Shown in pieces: positions 1 through 11,596 of a stretch of 35,822 nt of DNA (position 1 is the first letter of the stretch; every line of letters starts with the position of its first letter). Source of the stretch: Paraglomus brasilianum (taxonomy: Eukaryota); NCBI GenBank assembly GCA_910592345.1, contig CAJVPI010000313.1, positions 1 through 35,822 on the forward strand, written 5' to 3'. Both the position numbers and the translations under genes were made by a program. Under the pieces are notes generated by a model, which was given only the letters and a program-made list of their open reading frames with translations, was not told where the DNA came from and did not search any database.

Positions 1-118
1 AACTTTAGCTTTATTTTTGTAATAAGTGATCAAGCAAATGAATTCTAATCGACTTGATCTATTCAGGTACAGATGAGAACGGAAACAAGACAAAAAAAAA
101 AAAAAACGCGAGAAAAAA

Positions 119-1053
119 GTGCAAACAACACTACGAGCCAAAAGAATGAAGAAAGCAGACTTGACACGATCACTGAAAATACGAATGTATCCCAATTCCT
201 CTCAGAAGACCTTGCTTCGACAGTGGATGGGTTGTGCTAGATTAGTTTACAATATGGTAATGGACAATTACCGTTTGGGTCATAAAACTACAAGGCAATT
301 TTTCTTTAGGATGCTCTTCCGGCTAAAGATTAAACATACAAAGGAATAGATTTTTATGGATAAGGTTCGATATGAAGTATTGGATCATGCTATCTCAGAC
401 GCTATACAAGAAGAGATGAGGTCATCGCAAGGCATAAGGAGAATCAACATCAACATCATATTCTTCATTTTATATCTAAGAAAAATGATCGTCATCCGTG
501 CTCAATACTGATATCAATCGTGTTTTTCGCTTATGCCCTTGATGCCTTGATCTCACGTACCACCAGAGCATCAGCAAAAAAGCGTAACTCATTTAAGCGC
601 GCTCAAGCACGCATGAGAAGACGTCATAAAAAAACTGCGTTGTGGTTGACTAAGACTTTTGACATCATCATGCTACCAAAATTTAATAGCATACAGACGA
701 AAAAAAAAATTTAATAGTAAAACAGTTCGAAAGATGATGAGCTGGGCGCATGCTAGGTTTAGATATCTAAAGCGGAAGAATTTGGTAAAGTCGTAATAAC
801 ATCCGTATCTGAAGCATATACGAGTAAAACATACAGTCGTTGCGGATATATTAGGAGGAATTTGGGTGGAAATAAAGTATTTGGGTGTGATGGGTGTGGA
901 CTCCAGATCAATAGAGATCTAAATGGCGCCCAGGGAATTTTTCTCCGGGCATTCTTGAAGTTTTGCGTTCTTTTATTGTCTACACCTACCATTTAACGCT
1001 AAAGGTGTACCTTCGACAACCGGGCATTGCTTGATGGAGCCTTAGTTATATAA
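119..1053 (+). pseudogene. Fanzor2/TnpB (IS607/IS605 OrfB-like) RNA-guided nuclease, decayed
   Basis: N-terminal RSLKIRMYPNSSQKTLLRQWMGCARLVYN resembles the OrfB HTH region. Later frames give HKKTALWLTKTFDIIMLPKF, MMSWAHARFR, VSEAYTSKTYSRCG...FGCDGCGLQINRDLNGAQGIFLRA (zinc ribbon + RuvC-III) and a resumed C-terminus RALLDGALVI* at 1021-1053. There is a stop at 347-349, several frameshifts, and no RuvC-I (DPG) segment. Confidence 0.85.
963..1010 (+). mobile_element. 48-bp hairpin mini-insertion, copy 1, flanked by imperfect direct repeat (945-958 / 1020-1034)
   Basis: 43/48 identical to the reverse complement of 11549-11596. Internal stem TACACCT...AGGTGTA. Flanks are CCGGGCATT-CTTGA and CCGGGCATTGCTTGA. 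Confidence 0.65.
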
Positions 1054-1065
1054 CATAATTATGCC

Positions 1066-1111
1066 AATTGATTTATTATAGTTGACTATTTTTAGCTATA
1101 ATTGATCGATT
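1066..1111 (+). ncRNA. Candidate Fanzor omegaRNA scaffold stem-loop (partial)
   Basis: 20-bp stem 1066-1085/1092-1111 with one mismatch and four G-U pairs, starting 12 nt after the Fanzor stop, where omegaRNAs are typically encoded. Confidence 0.35.
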
Positions 1112-2070
1112 CAATCGAAACAAATAACCTTCTATGCTTTTATACGAAGAATAATCTTGGTCGTCATTTTAGTTTTATCACTCCTTTAAACTACTATAGG
1201 GAAAATGAAAGATCATACTGCACACGAGCCATGAGATCGCAAATCCCTAATGTCCGCATGCTATTAAACAAATACTACTTGGTACCGGTTAAAGAAAGAT
1301 CCGGCCCGTGCTGTCTTAAAACGGTTAAACTTTCGACGCCCATTGTCGGATAACAATAAACGTATGCTATTGTGTGGACAAAGACTTATTTGTGCTTTGT
1401 GTGGTACGAAATACATAGAAACAGCGTCTATTCACCATATCGGGGTGAATTTATCACGTGATACCGCACAATGACACATTCACGGAGTATAAACAGGTTT
1501 TATTTATAGTTGGGGGAGGAAAAAGCTCTTAAATACAGCCTCACTCAATTTAACAATGAATAGACAGATTTAATATTAATATGTAGTGCGATACAGGTAA
1601 CCAAGTTAAACTTAATGCCCATCAAGATTGCCGTTAGAAATATGGACTATCATATTATATTAATATTACAACTTCCACTATCGACTGAAATTGAATACAC
1701 AATAAAAGCGCATTTATCACAAAAAGAGAATTTCTGAACGCAAGCATAAGTGATCCCCAATTGTCACCCAATTACCAATAAATACACCCGTAAGCACACC
1801 TGCATTAAATTCGCCTAAACGAATTTTTTGTCACCAACCACTCACTCACTCATACGTATACACACCATTGACTTGGCCCACTCCAACATTCCCTTCACTT
1901 ATATTCACCTATATTTAACTAACCCTCCCTCCCCGTTATTATTTTAATTATTTAATACCATCACCTGCCCCCAGGTTGTCTACTCGCCCATTTTACTCAT
2001 CTGGAATTTATACCTTTATCTATAGATAGACATATACAATATATACATACCCATACGTATATCATAGACT

Positions 2071-5000
2071 ATGGCGAATATAGACAATGGAGATCATGTA
2101 GATACAAATGGCATGGTTTCCAACAGTACTCCTGATATAGTGGTATCGTCGTCATCCTCACGGCGATCTGCATACATGGGAAACCCCCAAACACCAGCTC
2201 AATTCATACAACAGTTACAGGAACAGCTGAATGAAAAGATAAAACAAACACAACAAACCGCTGCGTTAGGTCAAGACTTACTACAGCAACAGGAAGCAAT
2301 CACAAAAAGAATAAAGGAACTCGAACAAATCGAAGGAGATGTGACGCCCGAGTTAAAAAACAAATTAAACGAGCTAGAAGAAGCAGCAAAGGCTTTGGAC
2401 GCTAGAACCCAAAATTTGGAAGGCGTTTCCACGGTAAGCAACCACATTCACTCTATTGCCCTGTCAAATAACCGGGAATTTACCCACTAGTTCAACTAGG
2501 GGACATTATCCAGCCGTAAAATAATTGTTAGAAATGGATTCGATAACGCAATGATCTGGCACAATAGACTTTTATTCGATACTCCTTTTTGCCATTACGA
2601 GATAGATTTTTAAGCCAAAGCATCATTTTTTGTCGATTTTGATAACATTATGTCATGTCGGATATGCTGATTTTATAACCGTTACTCTACTAGAACACAA
2701 CAAACCTTGGTCACGCTCCCTTAAGATCCGCATCACCTGCCTTAGAAACTCCTGGCTTATCCCAGCAAGCGGCAAGCCCATCAAGAAACAGAAGACAGAG
2801 AAATACGAACCGAAATCATGATATGGAATTCGCTACCTCGATAGGACAAAGTTTATTAGGCGAAGTCAAAAAATTACAAGCTCTCCTTCAGGAGAAAGAA
2901 GATAGAATTAAGGAGTTAGAAAACGAAAAAGGAGATTTAGAACGAACTCTTGAAGCAATAAGTAGACAACTCAGAGCTAAAGAAGAGTCAGAAGGTAAAT
3001 GTGATATTATGATTAATATGCCACTTTGGAACTTTGTGTTTCCATAGCCCTTTACCGAGACTCGAGTATGTCGATTATGTTAACAAGAACGTACTTTAAT
3101 TTTATAGATGCGCTTAAGGCCGAAAACTATTCATTATACGGAGAAATACAGACATTAGAAGGTCAAGTCAAAGAATTGACTGATACCATTGACAAGTTGC
3201 AAAAAGATCTCAAGAAGGGAGAGAAGGCCCTTGCTAGCGCTACTGACTTAATAGAGCAATTAAAAGCCAAAGAGGCTAAACTAACTAATCAATTAGACGA
3301 TTATAAGAAACGCCACGATGAAGCTATGAATAATAATCGTAAACTTAGAGCTGCCATGAAGCGAGAAATCGAGAATCTCGAGAGAGTAAACGAAGAACTA
3401 AGAAAGGAACTAGAAAAGTATAAAGTACCCAAGAAACCGTCAGCATCTGCTGCATCCGGAACTGAAGCAACCGATGCCCAGGTTTCCGGGCATACCGTAG
3501 AATTCGTAAAAGAGACCGTGGAGATAAGAGATACTACAATGGAGGCCCTTCAGAATGCTCAAAAGATGATAGCGCAAATGAAGGTATCTCTTCAAAAGGA
3601 AAAGAACGAGAAACTTGAGATTAAGGAACTTCTCCAGGCCAGAGAGGAGGAAATCGAGTCGTTACGCAATAATCTCGACTTTGGCCATGATCCAACAGGC
3701 CGTAACCGACGGGATAAAGCAGCTGAAGAGGACGATGTTCTTAGTGATGATGTAATGTCTCACGATGGTTATGATGATGAAAATATTAATAAGAATAATA
3801 GACCTTCGTCTGATATGTTCAGACGCGGTTCGCCTCTAGCAAGACGACCTGGAAGTAATCGCTCATTCCGGAAGAAGCCATTGCTCGAAGGGCAAGTGGA
3901 CGAAGAAGACGAAGATATGCTCGCTACGGAACGTGATGAATTGATCACCGGCGAAGTAATTAAGCGTGATGCTGACGGAAACGTAATACCCCAGTCTACC
4001 GAATCGTACGAAGGATTGGACCCTAACGAAATAGAAGCAGAAAGAGCTGCTGCATTATCGCTTTTGACCAAGGGCAAGTCGCCAACCGAACAGCTCGTCA
4101 ATTCTGAAGCGAGACACAATCGCCAATCGTCTGTTGGTAGTCTTGACTCGTCTGCTGAATCGTTTGCATCTGCCAAGGAATCAAACGCAGCGTCGGTATC
4201 TCGAAGAGAGTCGGCCATGTCTCTTCGAAATTCGGGCGTACCCAGAAGGGAATCTGCATTTGTTCAATCACGTGGTTCTAAGGCGGTTGGCTCTAAGAGA
4301 GATGTTGATGAAATTAAGACATACGCTGACGCCGAGACACAGACCGATCTGACGAAATTGGAGATTGGTACTCAGACTGCTGATTCTCTTGATAATCCGG
4401 TGTATGATGAGAACAGATTTACACTGGATCTTAGTTCAAAGACTAATGCTCGAGGAAAGAGTCCTATTAATTCAACTGATGTTCCTTCTCGTCCGCTGTT
4501 CGGTCCAACCGAAGAGACGTTAAGACGTGCTAATTCTGTGTTTCTTAGACCTAATTCTTCGCTCTCACGTAACAGTACGGTGAGTAAGGATAAAGATGGC
4601 AATTCAATTATTCTTAATGGAAAGACGGCTGATAGTGTACCACAATATAAATCGATACCACCAATTCAGAGCATTGCTGCACAGGGATCACGATCTGTTC
4701 CTGGAGTGGACGAGATCACTCCGAAAGCCGACGGCCGACCTATGTCTCCAGATCATAAACATTCACCTAGTTCAGTGTCCACTAGTAGTTCTGACTCTAC
4801 AGCCACTGATCGATCTAGGCCACTCTCTGGGTCATCTGTAGCTGATTTGACACCAAGCTCGGATAACATGTTCCGTTCTGGCACAGATCCGACCGTTATC
4901 CAGTTCATAACACAGACGATGATTGGGGAATTTATGTACAAATATACTCGTCGTAAGTTTGGAACTCCAGCGAAAAGAAATCGGCGATTCTTCTGGGTAC

Positions 5001-5851
5001 ATCCATTCACAAAGATATTGTATTGGAGTGACAAAGATCCAGGCGGCCGTGATGGTGATTCTAAAGGTAAATAATAATGATATTTGCGGTTCTAATATGT
5101 GAGTATACTCATTGATTTCATATTTTCTCGCCCATTAGTACAAGTTCAAGCTGCCTATATCGCTGCAGTAAGACAAGAGAATGATTCTAATCCATTCCCA
5201 CGCGATCTTTATGATAAGAGTATAATCGTAATGACTCGCGGTGGACGAGAGGTCAAGTTTACTGCGAAAGACAAAGAGCGTCACGACCTTTGGTACCAGG
5301 TTTGTTTATTTGGATTATCTTATATACTGGCATTCTGTTGATACCATCGGTCGCCATTATTTTATATTTCTGAATGTAGCCAGCTGACCATCCGTTTGAT
5401 ATTTTAGGCCCTTAATCATCTCGTCAATGATGCAGCAGACACAGGCATGAGATCTCGAGCAGGATCGGATGAATTGCATTTAGATAACGAGACTACTTCA
5501 CCCAATGGCACGTTGCGATCGAATAATATGCCGAGAGTGATAACGAAGAAGTCTAGCTTTAGTCAGATTAAAGATTTCTTGCGTCGCGACAGACAATCGG
5601 GTACACAGCCTCCTCATCACCTATCACATGAAGCAGATCTTAATAAACAGCCACCTATGGGAGCAACAAGCAGAGACGTTCCAGTTCTTGATAATGACGA
5701 TGAAGAAGATGATTTTGAGATAGAGAACGTGAGAGAATGCTGCGGAGGACGACACGATGTTGGAAGTCTTAAACCGATCAAGAAGAAGGGTCACCACCAT
5801 CATCACCACCACCATCATTTTAACCAACGAGATATTGCGTCTCAACATTAG
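2071..5851 (+). CDS. Num1/ApsA/Mcp5-like nuclear migration protein (coiled coils + C-terminal PH domain); exons approx. 2071-2433, 2694-2994, 3108-5066, 5139-5299, 5408-5851
   Basis: GT-AG introns join the ORFs in frame. N-terminal coiled coils, DMEFATSIGQSLLGEVKKLQ, PH-domain motif IQFITQTMIGEFMYKYTRR...RRFFWVHPFTKILYWS, and C-terminal ENVRECCGGRHDVGSL typical of fungal ApsA/Num1. Confidence 0.85.
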
Positions 5852-8800
5852 CTTACTCTTCTCAATAGAAGTTGTCTTGTAGTTTTGTTTTGTTTTCGCT
5901 TTTTTTTTGTGTCATGTGTATATATATACAAGTCTTTCAACTTTATTCTTTATTCTTATTGAGTGGTTTATCGTGGATGGAAAATAATAATCAATACGAC
6001 AGACTCGGAATACGTCTATTGATATCGTCTATATATGTTTTAGATTATTTCTATTGAATTTTTGTCATAGCTTATCTATTATTCAGGTTAACTTTAACTG
6101 TTCTGATTTTCCTTTTTCTGAAGTTGATTTGATATGATGTACACTATAATCGATTAAATGAAAATAGTTAAATTACACCGAGATTTCCTTGTCGAATTCT
6201 TTGTTGTGCTTTTCCACTGATGGGTCGTGAGGGTTTGTTCGTTGAAATTTCAGAACGGTACACGAATGCTAAATGTAACCCAAATTAATGTTATAATTCG
6301 AGCCGAACGAACGAGAATTCAGAATGTTGTCATATTGGCGTTTGCACCAATTGGAGACTGTTGTGCAATACGTTCAATATGAAAAAAGCCAATGAAATAT
6401 AACATAATTAATATGAGCTACAAACATTGACAAAAAAGTTTTTTTTTTAAACCACGTGATCGAAAAAATAGCAGTTGCTTTTATTTCCATTGCCATTTTC
6501 TTCCACTCGTTCACACTTCTTTGCTTCCAATAGGCGATAGAGGTTAACTTCTCTTAGCCTTTCTAGTTCTTCATTAGCGTCCTCATTACCTCTTTGATCC
6601 ATCACGTATATTTGACACATTACATTCATATTCGGGGGATACAAGTATTAGGGGAACCAGTAGAATAACACCATAATATTCGCACCAATAACTTTAAAAA
6701 ATTTTACCTGACGGATTCTATTCTATAAAATTTTGTTATAAATCACATGGTTGAGTAGATTGCTATTCAATCTCTATAATCCCTAAAAAGGGCTGCCAAA
6801 AGGGTGTGACTGTTGACCATACGTTGTGTAAAAAAGAACAATAATAACAGTATAGTAAAAATGGGTTTAAAAAAAGTCATTCTCTAGACCCCGACAAATT
6901 TCGTCAGGGTCAATATTTGATAGTGACGGTTCTAGTTTGCGATATTCGGCATCGCAACTTTGTTTTCTGGTTTGTGTAATTTTCTTTTTTCTTCCTTTCC
7001 TTTTCTATGAACTGAAGTTCCCGTTTTTTAATATTAAATTCAATAGTAGATAGCGAAATGTCAGTTAATTTATGATTTTCTTGTGCGTTGCGCACACCGT
7101 TATTAAAATAGTGTAATATAGTTTGACGACGTGTTTCTAGATTTGATGATGGTTTTTTTGCGATCTATAATATAAATAGTAAGATAAACGTCCAAATAGA
7201 GATCAAAACAAAAATAAGTCGGGGGAAAAGTTCGGTAAGAATAAGAAGAATAATAATAATAAGAAGAAAAGTCATGGATTCCGCACTCTTATTATTGATA
7301 CGTGGTAAACGGTAAAGAAACCAAGAAGCCAATGAGGAAAAATAATCATCCAAGCAGTCCTGGAAAATTAGTTAAGCATTACACGCGGACCGTTTCAATA
7401 TTATATTAATGTAAATAATTGATGCAAAGATTTGTTTGCTATAAAGTACATGTACATTATAGATATATCTATAAATAATAAACAATTTTTGAGAATAGCG
7501 ATCATTCCCACTTTTTTCACGTCATATAATAACGAGGTTAGTTTCTTTCTTAACAGTTTGTGGCGTAGTTTATACCATAAACACGGCATAGTAGTATCAA
7601 TAAATAGGCGAGCTGTAAGGAAATAGTAAGGGTATTTGTAAAAAATTTCCAAACCCAGACCACGCAAATGTTTCTGTCGTTCTGGAATAGGAAAGCGTTG
7701 GCATAAATTTTATCCCTTTACATCTTTCTATTTCAGGAAATGCGATAAAAAAAAATCATAATATCCATTTTCGTTTACATTCTAACATTGTGCGGCTATG
7801 TGATTCTTACGTAATGTCTAATTCCATAATCCCGGTATATACATAGGCAGACTCGAGACATATTTACCTTCGATAGGTCTGTCTCACGTGATATTTAGAG
7901 AACATCATTACTATTTCAATACACGTCACTCTCGATAAGATGAAGTCTTATTATCGAGAGTTCATTATAACAAATATTTGAGTCACATGAAACGTCATTA
8001 TATCAAGAAATAATTTCTTTATTAACAAATTATTTAAATTACATATTTTGACTTTTTTTTTAGATATAAATATCTTTTTTGGACACCAGTAAGAGTAACC
8101 CGCTTGTTGCAGGTTTTTTATTAATCATACTTCTATCATTCATTTTTTCTTAATTGCCGTGTCGCAAACGGGTCAAAAAACTCGAAATCTTGATTTAATT
8201 TGGTTTGATTTAATTGGTTTAATTTAATATGGGATAAATTGATCACCAATTATTGGTAGAGAAAACATGTTAATTAATTTAGTACAATTGATAAAGTACA
8301 GATATGAGTTATTTATTGAAAGCAATGGATAAACAATAGCATATTAAAATTTTGCTATCAAACGAGGTATTAATCATGTTGATTGCTATGGTCATTGTTG
8401 CTCAGTGATCAAATATGTTGCCAATAACACTGTATATAGGCAAAACTAATGAAAGCATACAAAACAGAAATTAGTTATCAAGAAGAATGTCAATTAAGCG
8501 ATATTAAAGAACAGCGAGACTTGCTCTTTCAATAACAGATCAATTAGTATGATGTCAAGTTTAGTCCCGTAAGGCGCTCCGAATGACTTTAAATCGAAAG
8601 TCCATCGGTGGTGTTGATCGAGTGTCTGCAAGAATATTCTTCAATTTCGTCAACTGTTTCAGCTTGGGATACCTATTAAATGAAAATTGTCATGTATTCA
8701 CTACGTTTTCTTTCTAGAATATTAGTTGAGACCGAATTTGTTAAAGACAGTTAATAAAATTCTGTCCCTTTCATTGTTCTCTGAAATCGATATTTTCTTA

Positions 8801-9519
8801 ATGTACAAATTTCTTCGAGTATATCCATTAGAGATGCTAATGGTCCGCTCAATCCTTCTTTAGAGTCTCTCGATCCCCAGTCATCTTAAGAGTGTGATTC
8901 AGATAAACGTCCACCCAGACTCTGAATTTACGTGTATTCATGAGGTTATCGCAATAAATTTGCAGGTAAAATAGAATAAGAAAAGTCTAAAAATAAAACA
9001 ACTTTGGATATCTGTGTTTTGTGTATCGAAATGCCATAAATTTGATTACCTCAGACGAGCAATCCTTCGCTCGTGAATGAGAATGCGTTGTTTATGTTCT
9101 AAATTTTGACTAGAACGGTCTGCGAGAAAACGCCCAAACACTAATCCTTATCCTTTAGTTAACATAAAAATGTACTAAACGAGTACTTACAGCAGCTTTC
9201 TGAATTTCTCCTCTTTATAAGGCCAAAGTATAATTTTAATAATTAGCAATACTAGTTATTTATTTTATTCAGTATCCTATAGACTAAAGTAATCGATATT
9301 ACAAGTCACCCGCGGTAGCATAAATTTAACACGTTCGGTTTTGATAAGTCGTTTTCTACTAAAACCAGAGCGTGTGAAATAAAGAACGGTTTAGAAATAA
9401 CTACAATAACTTTCCAAAATAAAAGCATACGCATTATAAACATGTAAACAGAGTGCCCTAAACTGTAGACAAATAAAGTTTTAAATAATGGCTTGTTTGT
9501 TTGTTTTTTGTTTGTCTTC

Positions 9520-10250
9520 CAAATAAGAAACTCAAAGAAAAATTATATTCCAATTGTGGCCAAATGAAATTATTTCTGCAAAGGAAATACATTCTACGAC
9601 TAGCATCACAATATTAACTATCTATTATAATCTAAAAAGCTGAATGAAAAAGGAGACAATTCAAAAAAGTTAGCAAGTGGTCGTCGTTACCGCACACGCA
9701 GTATTTCAATATTTGCGTTGTAATCCGAAACTGTCTACAAGAAATTTGGCGATTAAATTGACGGACAATGTCATGGAGGTATCTCATATGACAATTTCAA
9801 GACATTTGGCAAGATTGGGTTACAAAAACAATCTGCCCTAAAGACGCTTATGCTTACTGTTACTGATAAAGAAGCTCGAGTTAGTTGGGCAACCAGACAT
9901 TTCAATGATGGAAAACTACATTATTTTCTGATGAAACTGCCTTTCAGTTATTCAGAAATACAATAACTCAATTGTATAAGGGTTAACTACCATACAGCAG
10001 ATTCTAAAAATTGTGCTAAAATCTCTGCATGGGGAGGATTTAATATACACGTAAAAACTATTATATTTTTCTTTAGAAACATTATGAATGCGAAGTTTTT
10101 GCACAATCGTAATTCAATCGAAAATCTTTGGGCTATTGTCAAAAGAAATGTAGAATGCGTATGCCTAAAGTCTTTCAGAATTAGAGCGGATAGAATTCCG
10201 AATAGCGTTCTAATTAACTGATCGAATTATGAGAAGATGTGAGATATAAT
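9520..10250 (+). pseudogene. Tc1/mariner (DD34E-type) transposase relic
   Basis: Frameshifted fragments SAKEIHSTTSITILTIYYNLK (HTH), KEARVSWATRH, LFSDETAFQLFRNT, AWGGF and NSIENLWAIVKRNVE. The second-Asp region is deleted and no TIR pair was found. Confidence 0.8.
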
Positions 10251-11548
10251 TTTATACCGATATTTATTTTGATATATTTTCGTTAAGTTTTATACAGTAG
10301 TTTTTTTTAGTAACAAGTAAATAAAGAATTTCAAAAGCTTTTGCCAATTTATTTAACCATTATTATTTGATAACAAGAATTAGAAAACTCATTTCAAACT
10401 TCAAGTCATTCATTAGTCGATGGATGAACCATAAACTTTTGCAAACTGCATATTTATTTATACTTTCTTTTTAACTACCGATTAATTGACGTCTAAAAAT
10501 ATATTAAATGTTTCAGACTCAGATTTCGGTAGAGCTGCGAAATGACCATTATCCTGAACTACTCTATCTCAGTACTGCAGAAATCACTTGATCAAATCGC
10601 TGTTCCCCTCTTTAATAGCGGTTGAGCCGTTCTTGAAGGGTTTCAAACTGTGCCAGCAGTTTGCTCTCCGGCTCCCAGCTCTAGACTACACTCTAAGTCT
10701 TCTACTCTATTAAAACTAACATAAATTTACTAATTATAAAATAACTAATTTAATAGAAATGTGTAAATAAAAGTCGCATGATTAGATTTTAAATCCATGT
10801 TACTATTACTACTTTCACACCCTCAGATGCCGTTTAATATTCTATTCAGCCCTCTTCCTGGTTTTGCCGCTTTTCTCTACCATCGCACTTTTTCTTCGAT
10901 TGTTGCCACATCTTTTCAGTAAGAAAGGTTTAAATCGCATTGTAGTAACAGGTCGGAATACATATTAGATCGCTCGGTTCTTGAAGGAGAAGTTGTAGTC
11001 CTCTAGTGTTAGGATTGGCGTTGGCGAATACGTTGAGTAGACTTAGCGCGACGATTAGAATGTTGACGAAGTAATGAAGTATCACTATTTTTGTTATACA
11101 GTCAAAAGCAATCTGAGTTTAGAGCGAGTTGTGAGCGTTAATAATGGAGAAGTAGATTTGTGTGCGTTGTGTAGTTAATGTACCGCACGTTAGTGAGTAT
11201 GGCCGGAATGTTTGCTCTTGTGCAAACTCTTTCGTCGGTTATGTGGTCGATAAACCGTGTTTTATTGACTGTTAAGAGTTAATCGTTTGAGGTCTTGTTT
11301 TCGTAAGTTATAGCAAACTGTCGTAATATGGTTGGCGGCAAAAGTTTGTTGCGTTGTATTAAGTGACGTTGTGTTTGCGCTTTTTGAGGAGGCGCAAATG
11401 GAGAGAAGCGTCTAGTTATATATGTATGAGTAGACGCGTGTTCGCGTGTTGGATTACTGTCCTATCATCTCCTAGACATTAGATGTAACACATAGTACAA
11501 ATCACATGAAATCACGGGCGTGCATTTAGAGTGCAATGAATTTATGGA

Positions 11549-11596
11549 GTACACCTTTAGCGTTCAATCGTAGGTGTAGCTAATAAAAGGACGCAA
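11549..11596 (-). mobile_element. 48-bp hairpin mini-insertion, copy 2, flanked by imperfect direct repeat (11516-11533 / 11609-11626)
   Basis: Reverse complement matches 963-1010 at 43/48. Flanks GGGCGTGCATTTAGAGTG and GGGTGTGCATTTAGACTG are 16/18 identical. Confidence 0.65.

Noticed and set aside
3769..5034. Antisense and alternate-frame ORFs within the Num1-like gene
   Set aside because: Shadows of the long coding exon with no recognisable motifs.
6447..7667. Short ORFs in the AT-rich intergenic region
   Set aside because: No motifs or convincing splice structure; cannot be supported as genes.
8560..9200. Possible minus-strand exon fragments
   Set aside because: Some splice-like signals, but stops in all frames and no family recognised.
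10329..10353. Possible right TIR of the Tc1 relic
   Set aside because: No convincing inverted partner upstream of the transposase.
10540..11420. Possible decayed minus-strand gene with TATA-like upstream sequence
   Set aside because: Fragmentary translations with no identifiable domain.
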